Source: Guillardia theta CCMP2712 (taxonomy: Eukaryota; Protista; Cryptophyta). From it: DNA of 64,000 bases. The notes under the pieces are model-generated. The model did not search any database, was not told the origin of the DNA, and saw only the letters and a list, made by a program, of their open reading frames with translations. Shown here one piece after another: positions 1 through 11,438 of the stretch (positions are counted from its first letter, which is position 1; every line of letters begins with the position of its first letter). A program made the position numbers and the translations under genes. The DNA lies in contig NW_005434608.1 of the NCBI RefSeq assembly GCF_000315625.1, forward strand, positions 254,018 through 318,017. Direction: 5' to 3'.

Positions 1-112
1 CCCTCCCTCCCTCCCTCCCTCCCTCCCTCCCTCCCCTCCCTCCCTCCCCTCCCTCCCCTCCCTCCTCCCCCTCCCCCTCCCCTCCCTCCCTCCTCTCCCT
101 CCCTCCCTCCCT
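1..112. repeat. (CCCT)n pyrimidine microsatellite
   Basis: Direct reading. Confidence 0.95.
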
Positions 113-129
113 CGCACTTCCAACTCTCT

Positions 130-1080
130 CACCCTCTCTCGCCAGCATGCTCTCCAGTACGGGATCGACCCTGCCCGTCTTGTGCTGTGGGAGGTGAAGA
201 AAGGGGAAAGCCTTAGCCGCTTCCTCCTCTTTGCCGACCTCCTCCTCGACTCCCCTGCCCACTCCATTGATCCCTGGCAGATCCTTGAGGTACCTCCTCC
301 CTCCCCACTCAGCATGAGGTCACTGACTGCTTCCTGCAGAGTCTTCAAGCTCGATGCCCAGTGCTCTCCCTGCCCGGGCAGCAGCTGTACCAGAGGAGCA
401 CTGCTGCCATCCTGCGCTCGCTGTCACTTGACGACGTGTTCTTGGGTGAGGACAGACTGAGTGGAGATGGCACGTTGTATATCTTCATGATCATCATTCT
501 TCCTCCTCCTCCTCCTCCTCCTCCTCCTCTGCTGCTGATGCATCTTCGTCTCCTCCTCCTCCTCCTCCTCCTCCTCCTCCTCCTCCTCCTCCTCTAATAG
601 TGCTTCTCCTCCACTTCTGCCCTTCTCCCTCAGTCTTCCTTGTGACTGTTTTCCTCCTCCTCGTCCGTCGCTGCAGCGAGAGACCTCTTGGACTACGAGC
701 AGCTGGCCGTCAGGCTTGCCACCCACCCGGGGGCCATCAGGTGAAGTTCCTTGATGAGCATGCTGGACGTTGAGACTGAGGCAGGAGGACAAAGTCAGAC
801 CTCTCCGGTGTGATAGATTCGCAGAGAAATCAAAATTTCTCTCCTCCTCCTCTCGCTCCATCTTCTCGTTCTCCTGTGGCTCCTCGGCTCCTTCCAGGTT
901 GAGGCTCCGACTCCTCCGTGCTCCCTCTGAAGAATCCATCCGACAGGAAACAGTCTCGATCTCGCCGGCGGGGTCAGACTGCTTGAAGTCGCTTTCAAGA
1001 CCCTCTGGGACTTGCATCACAACGACGTGCTCCCTCGTCCTGCCCTCCCGGAGGAGACAGGCCTTCGTCGTCCTTACAAG
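130..1080 (-). CDS. Exon-like fragments of a hypothetical protein; a separate gene or a 3' extension of the NASP-like gene
   Basis: Long minus ORF 424..1119 and coding-like sequence at 130-470, separated by a (GAG)n tract; no recognisable domain; splicing unresolved. Confidence 0.3.
500..594. repeat. (CCT)n microsatellite
   Basis: Direct reading. Confidence 0.9.
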
Positions 1081-1100
1081 AGATTTCACGTCGTCGTCCA

Positions 1101-2047
1101 TCAGTTGTGAAGCGCACAAGCTTCACGGTCAAGCTTGTCCTGCAGCTCTTGCAAGCGCTCCTTGCCCTCGGCTATCTCCCTCGCGTCTTCGCTGAACAGG
1201 TTGTATCTGATCTTCAAGCACCTCTTCATACACTTCACCGCACTCACTATCCTCGCTCGCTCCTTCTCCCACTGCACATCCACCGTCCTCGACCAAGGGC
1301 TCATGATCCACTTTGACATCTCCACAAACACCTCGGCCAGCAGCTTGTCGTCCTTGCCCTTCCTCTCCAGCACCTCTCTCGCCTGCTTCAGCGCCGTCCA
1401 CGCGCTCTGCATGGGGTTGAAGCAATCGTCGTCAGAGCCGTCGGAGTCAGCGGAGGCGTCCTTGTTGACGTAGGAGGAGTTGGCGTCGGAGAAGTTGGAC
1501 AGCACCTCCTTCTCGTACAACGATCGAGACAGCATGAGCACGGCTCGCACGCACTCCACCGAGTCTTCCTCAAAGTTGTCTATTTTCTCCTCGATCGCCA
1601 CCGTCAGCAGGTCCACAGCATCGTCGTACCTTCCTTCCTCGAACGCAGTTTCTGCGAACCCTATGCACTGATCGGCCGTCATGACGTCGTCGTGCGGGAG
1701 GACCCTCTTCTCATCCTGCATATTCTCACCCTCCTCCGCCTCCTCCTCCTCCTCCTCTGCTTCTGAAACATTGCATGCTCGCTTCAGATCATCTATGTGA
1801 ACGCGTGGGACGGGAACATCCGCTCCTATGCCCCCTCTCAGCTGCAGCAGGCAGCGTGCAGAAGACCTGGGGGGACTCAGTAGGAGGGAGTATGACAGAG
1901 CAGACTATGGGCTCACCTGATATTGAGGATACCCCATCTCCCTCCTCTGTTCACCTCCCCGTGGGTCTTCTTCAGCTGAGGATCAACCAAACCGCAGGCT
2001 ATGGCCACGAGCCAAGAGACGAGGATGAAGTACTTGACGGACGGCAT
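1101..2047 (-). CDS. NASP/Sim3/Hif1-like (SHNi-TPR) histone chaperone with signal peptide and LRGG leader
   Basis: Exon 1 2047-1917, 50-nt GT-AG intron 1916-1867, exon 2 in frame with ORF 1101..1721. Translation MPSVKYFILVSWLVAIACG...LLQLRGG...; TPR helices YDDAVDLLTVAIE..DSVECV..acidic insert..MQSAWTALKQAREVL resemble the interrupted TPR of NASP. 3' end uncertain. Confidence 0.6.
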
Positions 2048-2319
2048 GCTCTGATCGGCTCAGATCCCGGGCATCTGCCGACATGTGGTTCAGGCCGAGG
2101 AAACATCTCCCCCTATCAGCATCCTTCTCTCACACAGACATACAGCATCCTAACCTCCTCATGCAGCATGTGATACATCTCGTTGGGATCTTGCGCTACA
2201 CATACGCGCCCCTCCTCTCCTTCCTAACTGACTCTCTTCCCTCCTCTCCCGCAGGCCTTTGAGGCAGGCTTGTGAGGCAGCCGCCTTCAAGTGGCCGCGA
2301 TGATGAGTAGTCACGCATG

Positions 2320-2670
2320 ATTGGACCGTGCCCGGCCGCCCCGCCCGGCCCCTCGGAGCCGGGCCTCAGGCCGGGCCCGGGGCTCATCCTCTCAGTCCCC
2401 CCCCCGCCGGTGGGCCGGGCCGGACTCCGGTCCGGGTCACGAGTGACACACCGTGGCGCAGTGCCGCACCGGGCCGCGGGGGGCCGGGGGATCGGACCGC
2501 CGGACCGGACTCATGATTCGCAATGAGAGAGTCGCTGTGTACAGTGCCCCCCGCCGAAGGAGTGTATTCCGAGAGCGGCTGAGTGCCTCCCGCCCCCCGC
2601 GACTCAGTCCCGGCGGGCCGCCAGCGCCCGGCCGCCGCCAGCCCCGGCATCGAATCACTGAGGCGGACTT
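2320..2670. promoter_or_regulatory. CCGG/GGCC-rich non-coding island between divergent genes
   Basis: Very GC-rich with many CCGG and ACTCA/TGAGT words; shares TCACTGAGGCGGAC with the island at 21043-21290. Confidence 0.5.
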
Positions 2671-2806
2671 CCAACAAGCTTTGCCACTACCAGGAGTTAC
2701 TGTTACCAGGGCATGGCGGGGGCAAGCAGCGACGGAATGCGCACTGCAAACGCCGCCAGTATGAGCAGGAGCGACCGGACGAGGTGAAGTAATGAGGTGT
2801 CTTCTA

Positions 2807-5800
2807 TGTTGAGATGTTTGTCGCTCAAGTGTGTGTTGAGCGTGCTCATAATTCCATCGGGCCCAAGCAAGCTTTTGTTCGAGCATACTCAAAGTTTGTG
2901 GCGAGATGAGATGACATGCCTTCTATCATGTGTGTGCGGAGTGCAATCAAGGGAGAGACTGTGCAAGACAGAACACTGTTCTGATTTGAGTCAAGGGGTG
3001 CAAAGGAGGTTCTCATTCTTTCTCAGACGCTTCCCGCTCCATGCTTCGGCGTTAGCTTGGTTGATACACTTGGCCATGCAAACTCATCCACGCGGCTCGA
3101 AGCCTTATCCAACGATCTACTACAAACGAGTAGACTCTCTGGCGGGTGGTTCTACCGCACTCTTGTGAGTGGATCATCGCTCGTTTGATCGCAATCTTGC
3201 TGATTCCGCCATGTGCAGAGAGTCTCTGAAGCAAATGAACGTAACTCCATCTCTACCACCAAAGTCGGTCCTGTTCTCGTCGGCAAGAGGATCTTTACCG
3301 GGATATCCGGACAGAAATCTTGACTTGTTTGCAACAATGAATTGGTTCTCGGTCTCTGCAGGAGGTGGATGAAATTGAACATGTTTCTACCAGTGAATCA
3401 ATCTGCAGGTTTTCATTCCTGTGGTATTCGCAGATACTTCAACTCGTCCAAGCACACACTTCCAGTTGACTACTCCACATTCGACCACATGTCACCAGAT
3501 GATGCTCCCGGACAGCTGAGGTTTGTACCCTGTCGATCAAGGTTCAACCTCCTGACTCTCAGGAACAGATGTTGGGGCATGTACGACTACGGTCAAATCC
3601 ATCCCTTGCCGTTGCCATTTGGGGAGGCCTCGAAATTGAGGAGATGTACAACAAGTGGAGGTTGCTTTCGGGATCTTATTCAGTCTGCCAGGCACCGGGG
3701 ATAGCAGTCGCACAATCACGCTCGGTCAATCGATGGCAAAGGGGCTCCCCCCCATCCCTCTGCAGGTGGTAGAGAGAGACTGTTGGGATTGGGACGACGG
3801 GTGGAGAAACATTTCTGCCGGTCATTCAGCGAGCGTGAGACATGAATCGCCCTCTAAGTTTGCAGCAGGATGGCTGCACACATGTGGGATCCTCGCCAAC
3901 GGAACGATGCTGTGCTGGGGAAACAACGCCAACGGGGAGCTCGGGACGCCCTAGTGAGACCTCTGTGGTGCGGTCTTGCGAGGGGAGCTGACGTGTGATG
4001 GAGTTGGAATGCCTCGGATGGGATAACATGTCAGGGTCAGAGTCAGAGCGACAACTGCATCGTGCGACTGGAGGGCACCTGGGTGATTGAGCAAGAGTGC
4101 CGAAAGATTCCCTCCGACCTGACGTTGAACTTGTAAGGCCCTCACGGAGACTGGTGGAGTATCAGCTGGAAGACAGCACACATGTGCCATCATGTGCACT
4201 CCTACCTCACCCAAGGCTGTAGACTCATTCACAGTAGTCGGTGAGAGATTGCTTCATCCCTTCCTCCCTCGCTTCTGATTTGTTGCAGGTGCCCCGTACG
4301 CTATGCCCTGGCCTTCGTCTCCTCCAGAGACTTGCACGCAAGGCGTTGTCAAGTGAGGAACAGACGGGATCTGCCTTGTCAGCCCTTGCTGAAGGCGACG
4401 CAGGTGCTGGGGGGATGATACGTTCTATCAAGCTCAGAAAGGGGTGGATGAGTTGTTCAAAAACGAGCAATACGACGACTTTATCAGCGTGTGTACAGCA
4501 ACTGCTCATTCTTGTGAGAGCTTCACCCGTTTGCTCGAGTATTAGCATCCTGATAACTTCTTCTGCTGCCAGGCGCTGTAAGACGGGAAGGATCCTTGTA
4601 TTGCTGGGGTTATGATGGGAACACGAGAACGACGATTCCAGCAGCGTACGCTGCTCAGAAATGGATCGCAGTGCGATGCAAGGTCATTTCCGAACTGATC
4701 GAGTGAGGAGGAGGGACTGATTTGCAGACAGGGAGCCCACACTTGCGGGCTGACTACCCCGAATGCAATCGGCCGATCTACTCTTATATGCTGGGGCTAC
4801 AGTGGGTACGGACAGACAAGCGTGCCTTACTTTGAGAAACAAGTACGTTGACCGGTCAAGGTGAAGGATCAACTGAATCAGCCCCTCGTCTGTAGGTATT
4901 GATCCCACAGAATTCGTCGACAGTACCAGAAATTCAGATTCTGGTGACTTTTGCGAGCCCGGATGCACTGACTGAAAGCGACTGAACTGCAATGCTGTCA
5001 GCAACTTGACCGGAGCGTCCTCACGTTCGACACTGGCGATGTCAACACATGCGCATTATGGCAGTTGACCGAGGTCTGAATGCCTCCATCCTCTCGCCCC
5101 GATGTCACTCTTCTGACTGGTCGCTCCCTCTCAGGCGGAACAGACTTGCGACACTGCCAACTCAATCCCCCCAGCTCTCAACGGACAGTAAGTGAAAAGC
5201 ATGCTGAACCCACGGCCTTGACAGCCTCGTGCAAGGTGCTGGGGCGACGGCTCATACGCGCAGAGCAACCTCCCTCTGCGTCCTCTGGGATATACGGCAA
5301 TCAAGATCTGTGACGTGCTGATCTGGAACAAGATAACGGTGAGGAAATTCTCTGTGAAATCTTCCAGCTGATGACTTCTACTTCCTTGCTCGTCAGGCTG
5401 GCTCGGCGCATACATGTGGGATCACTATCGACGACCCCGGTCAAGACTGTTCCCAGGTCCTGTTTCCCCGTCCTAGCGTGCTGGTTGTGAAACATGACAT
5501 GTCCGTACAGGAGTCGAGATGCGACGAATACCCTCCTCCTCTCTGCAACCCAACCTGCGATCCTCGCACTCGCTATCCGGGAGCTCCCATCATCAAATGC
5601 CCGCGGTATGTGAAAGGATACCTGATAGGCGTCTCTCCAAGGTGAAACCGCAGGAACGTCTTGCATGCTGAATGGTATGACATGCTCTGCAGATTCAACC
5701 CCGGGGACGGGAACTCTCCTCTTTGCGTTCCAGCAAGAACCAACTACATGAGGAAATGACATGCTGGACGAGGCAAGGCATCAAGACTCTCTGCTGACTC

Positions 5801-5952
5801 TTCTTCCTCTCAGGTGTTGGGGCTCGGACAGCAATGGTCAGATCTTCATGCCAGGGAGCAAGGCATCCGAGTTAACCCCGGACTTCCTCTCCGTGTCTTT
5901 CTTTGCATGCCTGCTGCTCCTAGGAAGAGCTCACGATTACAGTGTTGGATAA
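2807..5952 (+). CDS. Multi-exon RCC1-repeat beta-propeller protein, probably secreted or membrane-anchored
   Basis: Repeated exons such as VSAGG, AAGWLHTCGILANGTMLCWGNNANGELG, VSAGRQHTCAI, CWGSDSNGQ; hydrophobic C-terminus FLSVSFFACLLLLG; start approximate. Confidence 0.75.
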
Positions 5953-6480
5953 ACCACGATTACAGTGTTGTATAAACTACGATTACAGTGTTGGATAGAC
6001 TACGATTACAGTGTTGATAAACTACGATTACAGTGTTGGATAGACTACGATTACAGTGTTGGATAAACCACGATTACAGTGTTGGATAAACTACGATCAC
6101 AGTGTTGGATAGACTACGATTACAGTGTTGATAAACTACGATCACAGTGTTGGATAGACTACGATTACAGTGTTGGATAGACTACGATCACAGTGTTGGA
6201 TAGACTACGATTACAGTGTTGGATAGACTACGATTACAGTGTTGGATAGACTACGATTACAGTGTTGGATAGACTACGATTACAGTGTTGGATAAACTAC
6301 GATCACAGTGTTGGATAGACTACGATTACAGTGTTGATAAACTACGATTACAGTGTTGATAAACTACGATTACAGTGTTGGATAGACTACGATTACAGTG
6401 TTGGATAAACTACGATTACAGTGTTGGATAAACTATGATCATAGTGTTGGATAAACTACGATTACAGTGTTGGATAAACT
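5932..6480. repeat. 23-bp minisatellite (CGATTACAGTGTTGGATARACTA), ~24 copies
   Basis: Contiguous units without spacers; variants GATCAC, GATAG/GATAA and a 22-bp deletion unit. Confidence 0.95.
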
Positions 6481-6656
6481 CTACCTCAACTTATCGTGCA
6501 TAGCATGACGAGATTGTTCGTTTCCCTCACCTTGCCCGGCTTGTTCTGCATGTCGTTCGCAAAGGACTACGAAGCCCGCCTCGGCGTCGGCTTCAAAGAG
6601 AATGGCGGGAGGGGAAGTGAACGGATGGGCTGATGAGCAGGCAGGATGAAGGAAGA

Positions 6657-6762
<106 letters not shown>

Positions 6763-7124
6763 AGGAAGGAAGGAATGATTGCAGGCAGGCTGGTAGACAA
6801 GCGAGGAAGTAGGATACTGCAGACTTTTATGTGAGCAAAACATCTTGAAACATCGAGACTGAAGGACAATAGCTCGAGGCAGATCTTGTTTGTGTTCATC
6901 AGCCAAAACCTTTGTGATCCGTTCAACTGAGGCAGAGATTGCAACAAGAGTTGCAAATTGCAGGAGGTTTGATCTCTGCTGTATGTTGTTTTCATCCTGT
7001 TATTTAAATCTCCTTCGCGATGGCCATGTTTGACAATACTTTTGCTCAGCCCCGTCAGACTTGAGAGGAAACAAGCGAAGAGTGCAAGTTTTCTTGGACG
7101 TGACAAGATCCATCCTGTAACAGG

Positions 7125-7622
7125 ATGAGGCTCCACATCGAGTGGTTGCGATTGCTGATGACCATGTTCATGCTCTTGACTATAGTGGCAACCAACCATG
7201 CCCGGTGCATCCTAGCAACCATCCAGTACAGCGAGAAGTACACAGACAGCACCTACGAGTACAGGTGAAGTCACATCAACAGAGGAGCCGGGGACATGAC
7301 AGTGCTGGCATGCTGCAGACACGTCATCCTCCCCCAAGAGACTGCTCGCATGTGCCCCAAGAACAAGCTGCTGACAGAAACTGAGTGGAGGAGCCTCGGG
7401 GTGCAGCAGTCGAGGGGATGGGTTCACTATGCCATCCACAAGTTGGTCCCGTCGTCTCCTCAAGGATACTTCTGACACATCTCCGTGCAGGCCAGAACCG
7501 CACATCCTCCTCTTCCGTCGGCCTCTTGGAACTGATCCTGTACCTCCAGTCATGAGTTGGTTGTTGCGCTGACTGCGATACAGGTGACAGGAAAGGTAGT
7601 TGACAAGGCAGAGCAGAAGTGA
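7125..7622 (+). CDS. CKS1: Cyclin-dependent kinase regulatory subunit (Cks/Suc1)
   Basis: Spliced (introns 7265-7318, 7442-7490, 7540-7583): [20 protein letters not shown]...[41 protein letters not shown]; start codon uncertain. Confidence 0.95.
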
Positions 7623-7887
7623 AACGAACGTCTTGCTCCTCCGCTCATGCTGCGAACTCCTTACTGATCGTCCCCTGCGTTCAAACCCTTGCCTGCTCCA
7701 GCGGCCGAACGATGCCGAATGTTCTGGTGCTGGTGTCATGGTTTATTATCTCCTATTCCTACAACATTTTCTCTCCTTCTCTTCTTTCCTCCGCTTGCCT
7801 GTACACTTGTCTTGATATGTCAGTCGGAGACTATCGGCCTGTCTGAGGAGAACGGAGCTCGGTCTACCTGTATCCGTTAAAGATCCT

Positions 7888-10101
7888 TCAGTTGTGCTTG
7901 AATCGTCTCTCATAGTACTTGCTCATGCTAGAAACCAACAAGAAGGTGCAGGCGCACAAGACAAGACCGCACGCAAACACGGCTTGCTCGACTGTCGTCT
8001 CCTCCTCTAGGTAGACCATGGCTCCAAGGTTCAGCTGCCAGTTCGACTCTGTCCACACAACATGGGACATGTTGCGGTCGCCCTGAGACAAGACGAACTG
8101 AGACTGGTTGACATCCCATGCCACACCGAGAGGAAGAGCGTCTTGAAAGAAGGCGAAGGATCGGACGCACTTGCCCTGCAGGCAGCGAAAGTGCTTCACA
8201 GGCTGACAGGAGCCCGACGGATCGCAACAGTCGCAGGCTGAGGCTTCCTTGCTCGTCTCGTTCACTTCTCCTGGAGCAGAGGTGGCCATGGCAAGCTGCT
8301 CAAAGAGGAAGCGCTCCCTCTCGCTCGGGCCGCGCAGGGTGGGAGGCTGGTAGACGGACGTGTAGGATGAGGACGGGGCTTCCTGCTCCGAATGCTTCCA
8401 CATGATCTTCCCTGCAAGCTCCCTCACCAACGTGCAGTTGGCGTGCAGGGCAGGAGCTTCAGCTCCTGTGGACAGGCTGTACAGGACCATACTCAGACGT
8501 GAAGCTGCCCGACACAAGCCCTCGGCCCGCAGCTCGGCTCCTCCGCTCTGAATCTTGTCGAAGCGGCTCTGATAAAAAGGGTTGGTGAAGTGGGAGCTGT
8601 ATCCTGCAAGCAGAGCCCTTCCCTTGGGTGCCTTTGCCAACTTGCGAGCTTCCTGCTGCCCCGTCGCCTCCTCCAAGACGCTGCCCACAATGGTTGAGGG
8701 TGGGAATGGCAGGCCCTCGTCAGGGGAAGCGACTCCCGCAACCCCCGGGACGGAAGCTTGTTTGAGCACGAGCTCTCGAGCCTTCACTGAGGAATCGGAG
8801 GGCGAGCAGCCAGTATGGAAGAAGAGCCCCTGAGACTCTCCCAGCTCTCCACCGGCTGACGTCAGCTGGTCGACTTCAAGCACGAAGTCTATGGGGTTGT
8901 CCCGCAGCTGGACGATCTCGGGGGATAGCATGGGAGGGTCGACGCAGACATCGTTGGGAAGGCCGTTGGAAGGAGAGGTTTTGATCTTGCGGCAAGAGAA
9001 GTTGGCTATGTCACTGAGGAGCTTTCGGGAGCCTATATGGTCCCATTGCTCCCCTTGCAACAGCGCGAAAACGATAGGAGTACCCGCCAGCTCCTGCATC
9101 TTTCTTCGCACATCCTTGAGGGCATCGGCAGCAGCGATCAAGGCCACCACAGCAGATCCTTGGGAGGAGGCTCCCTCGGCAAGGTCATGGAAGAACGCGC
9201 TGGAGTCCATGGCTGCTGCTGCGACAATGATTCCTTGGGAGGGCGGAGGGGGGAACGAGGGAGAGTCGACGGACCAGATGTTGTACCCTCCCAAGGGCAG
9301 ACACGTCTGCTTGCCGATGCAATCATACGAGGTCGGTTCCTTCTGTCGAGCGCATGTCGGCTGAGCCCATGACACTGGGTGGGTCTTGGAGGAGGTGCAC
9401 TCGAACCCAAAGTCGCAACACGACCCTGCACAGTTGGGCCTGCAGTTGGGACAGCACGAGTCCACCTGTTGTAGCTCCCACCAGCTCTCCTGCTCGAGGC
9501 GGAAGCCTTGGAAGACGTCCATGTAGAAGTTCATCCTCACGACCAGGGCTGGCATCCAGGGCTTCACCTGCGCTATGAGCCCTTTGAGCTGGGCCGTCCT
9601 CGACGAGTTCACAGCGATGATAGGGAAGTTGAAACTCTGCTCCGAGAGGCTGTTCCCTGGGACGTTCCACTTCCCACTGCACCCAGATGGAGCTTTCTGC
9701 TCCTCACACTTGCAGTAGCGCATGGGGTTAGCTGGTGAGAAAACCCCCGACGTCGGCAGGTCGTCGGAGCGGGCAAGCAGGATACCTGAACATCTACTGG
9801 ACTTCTTGAGCGCCAGCATGTTCTCTAGAGTGAAGAGATCCTCGTTGAGGAGGACCGCCCTCCTAGACACGTCCTTATCTTGAAACAAGGCATCCAGATC
9901 CGCCTGCTTTTCCGCAACTACCAACCTCCCTGCCTCCCCTCCTGCCATGGCCGACCTGCATCCCACGGCGCCCAGGTTGTTAATCAGTGTGGTGCATGAA
10001 ACCTCGCTGTTTAGTTCCATGCGCATGATGGGTTCCGCCATGGCGGCGCTCGCTGCCGCCACCAACCACATGGCCCTCCATACCCACCGGCATGCTGGCA
10101 T
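7888..10101 (-). CDS. NCSTN: Nicastrin (gamma-secretase subunit), intronless
   Basis: Signal peptide, VGC N-terminal motif, CLPLGGYNIW, MDSSAFFHDLAEGA, GEQWDHIGS (DYIGS motif), WTESNW, C-terminal TM. Confidence 0.93.
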   Translation of the reverse strand: MPACRWVWRAMWLVAAASAAMAEPIMRMELNSEVSCTTLINNLGAVGCRSAMAGGEAGRLVVAEKQADLDALFQDKDVSRRAVLLNEDLFTLENMLALKKSSRCSGILLARSDDLPTSGVFSPANPMRYCKCEEQKAPSGCSGKWNVPGNSLSEQSFNFPIIAVNSSRTAQLKGLIAQVKPWMPALVVRMNFYMDVFQGFRLEQESWWELQQVDSCCPNCRPNCAGSCCDFGFECTSSKTHPVSWAQPTCARQKEPTSYDCIGKQTCLPLGGYNIWSVDSPSFPPPPSQGIIVAAAAMDSSAFFHDLAEGASSQGSAVVALIAAADALKDVRRKMQELAGTPIVFALLQGEQWDHIGSRKLLSDIANFSCRKIKTSPSNGLPNDVCVDPPMLSPEIVQLRDNPIDFVLEVDQLTSAGGELGESQGLFFHTGCSPSDSSVKARELVLKQASVPGVAGVASPDEGLPFPPSTIVGSVLEEATGQQEARKLAKAPKGRALLAGYSSHFTNPFYQSRFDKIQSGGAELRAEGLCRAASRLSMVLYSLSTGAEAPALHANCTLVRELAGKIMWKHSEQEAPSSSYTSVYQPPTLRGPSERERFLFEQLAMATSAPGEVNETSKEASACDCCDPSGSCQPVKHFRCLQGKCVRSFAFFQDALPLGVAWDVNQSQFVLSQGDRNMSHVVWTESNWQLNLGAMVYLEEETTVEQAVFACGLVLCACTFLLVSSMSKYYERRFKHN

Positions 10102-10234
10102 GCCCTGCCCGTAAATGCTCCCTGAGGCGAGCCCTGCAGCAAAAGAAACAGTGCTGTAATGATCACTTATCTTTGATGAGTAATCTATCTGTATGTAGTC
10201 TACTTTAACTTAACTTTAGTAGGTATCCACTTCT

Positions 10235-10340
10235 TACTGAGTCACTCGCGTGAGCTGCGGCCCGGGCCCAACGATATTGCCCGGGCATCGGGCCCCGGGC
10301 CCCGGGCCCGGTGTCGGCCGGGATGACTGAGAGGTTAACT
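10235..10340. promoter_or_regulatory. CCGG-rich island upstream of nicastrin
   Basis: CCCGGG tandem words flanked by TGAGTCA and TTAACT. Confidence 0.45.
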
Positions 10341-11438
10341 TTAAAATCAACTACGGAATAACGGTCATCAATTTGCGAAGACAACACAGCTCCCCAATGG
10401 ATGACCCACCCCTGTGAGTTCACCCTACCACCCCCCTCTCCCATCTGGTTGAAGTTTGAAGTGACACGTTGAACCATTCACTATGCCTCATACAGCGCAT
10501 TTACTGAGGATCTCGTCCTATCAAATACCCTTATGTGCTCATGTCCCCTTTCTGGTCTGCCGCCACCACCACGACTGTGGTACCCCTACCCCCCTCTTTC
10601 CTCGACTGCAGGTGAATGAACCCCTGCAACGAGCTTAACTTTGAGTCTGTGTGCCTGCGAAAATTTTAAAAGCTTTACCTGGGATTTAATCTGTCTCACG
10701 GATGAGTTTTAAAAAATAGTTAACCCTATGAGAGCTATGCCTTTTGGGTCCTAGGAAATCATCATCTGTATGGGGAGACGAGGTCCTAGCATGCTTCAGG
10801 AGCAACCTGTTAGGCTGACAGGACCAAAACGACCTTAGCTGGTCATAGAAGGGCTATGTCAGTGGTCATAGCATCCTATGTTTGCACCGCGCGAACCTCT
10901 CAACCCCACCTCCATCACATGAGTACCCCCACAATTCCTGTTTGAAAGTACCCGTATCTATTCACTTTCACGAGCACCCTACCCCCCAATTTACCTGTAA
11001 CAACCCTGTGACTTCCACCCTTTCGTCCGATTACATTCGCCTCCTCCACCCTCATTTGCAGTTCACATTTGTCCAGTGTGCTGTTCCTCTCCTCTTCTCC
11101 CTCTTCCCCCCTCTTCCCCTCCCCCCCTCCCCCCCCTCTCCTTCCTTCACTTGCCGATTCTGTTGGCTTTCCTCTGACCTCCTTCATTCTCTCTCCTTGC
11201 TTCTTTGAGTCGGAGTCTGGCCTCAGCTTGTTATTTCGTTTTCAACCGAACTCTAAACCTTCTGTTCCTTCCACTGTTGCTTTTCCACGAGCCAGTCCTC
11301 TATTCTCGTCATTATTGTACTTGACGTTGAAGCCCAATCCCTCGTCTGTGCTGGATGAACATCTTGGGCTGATTCAGTTCTTCTTAGTTAGTCCGCAGTA
11401 ATTTGCCATCTACACGCAAACTCTTTCTGAAGATCGAG

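Noticed and set aside
2196-2892. ORFs within the GC-rich islands
   Set aside because: Pro/Gly/Arg-rich in all frames because stops are rare at this GC content
5932-6480. CRISPR-like array
   Set aside because: Units are contiguous with no unique spacers, no cas genes, eukaryotic context
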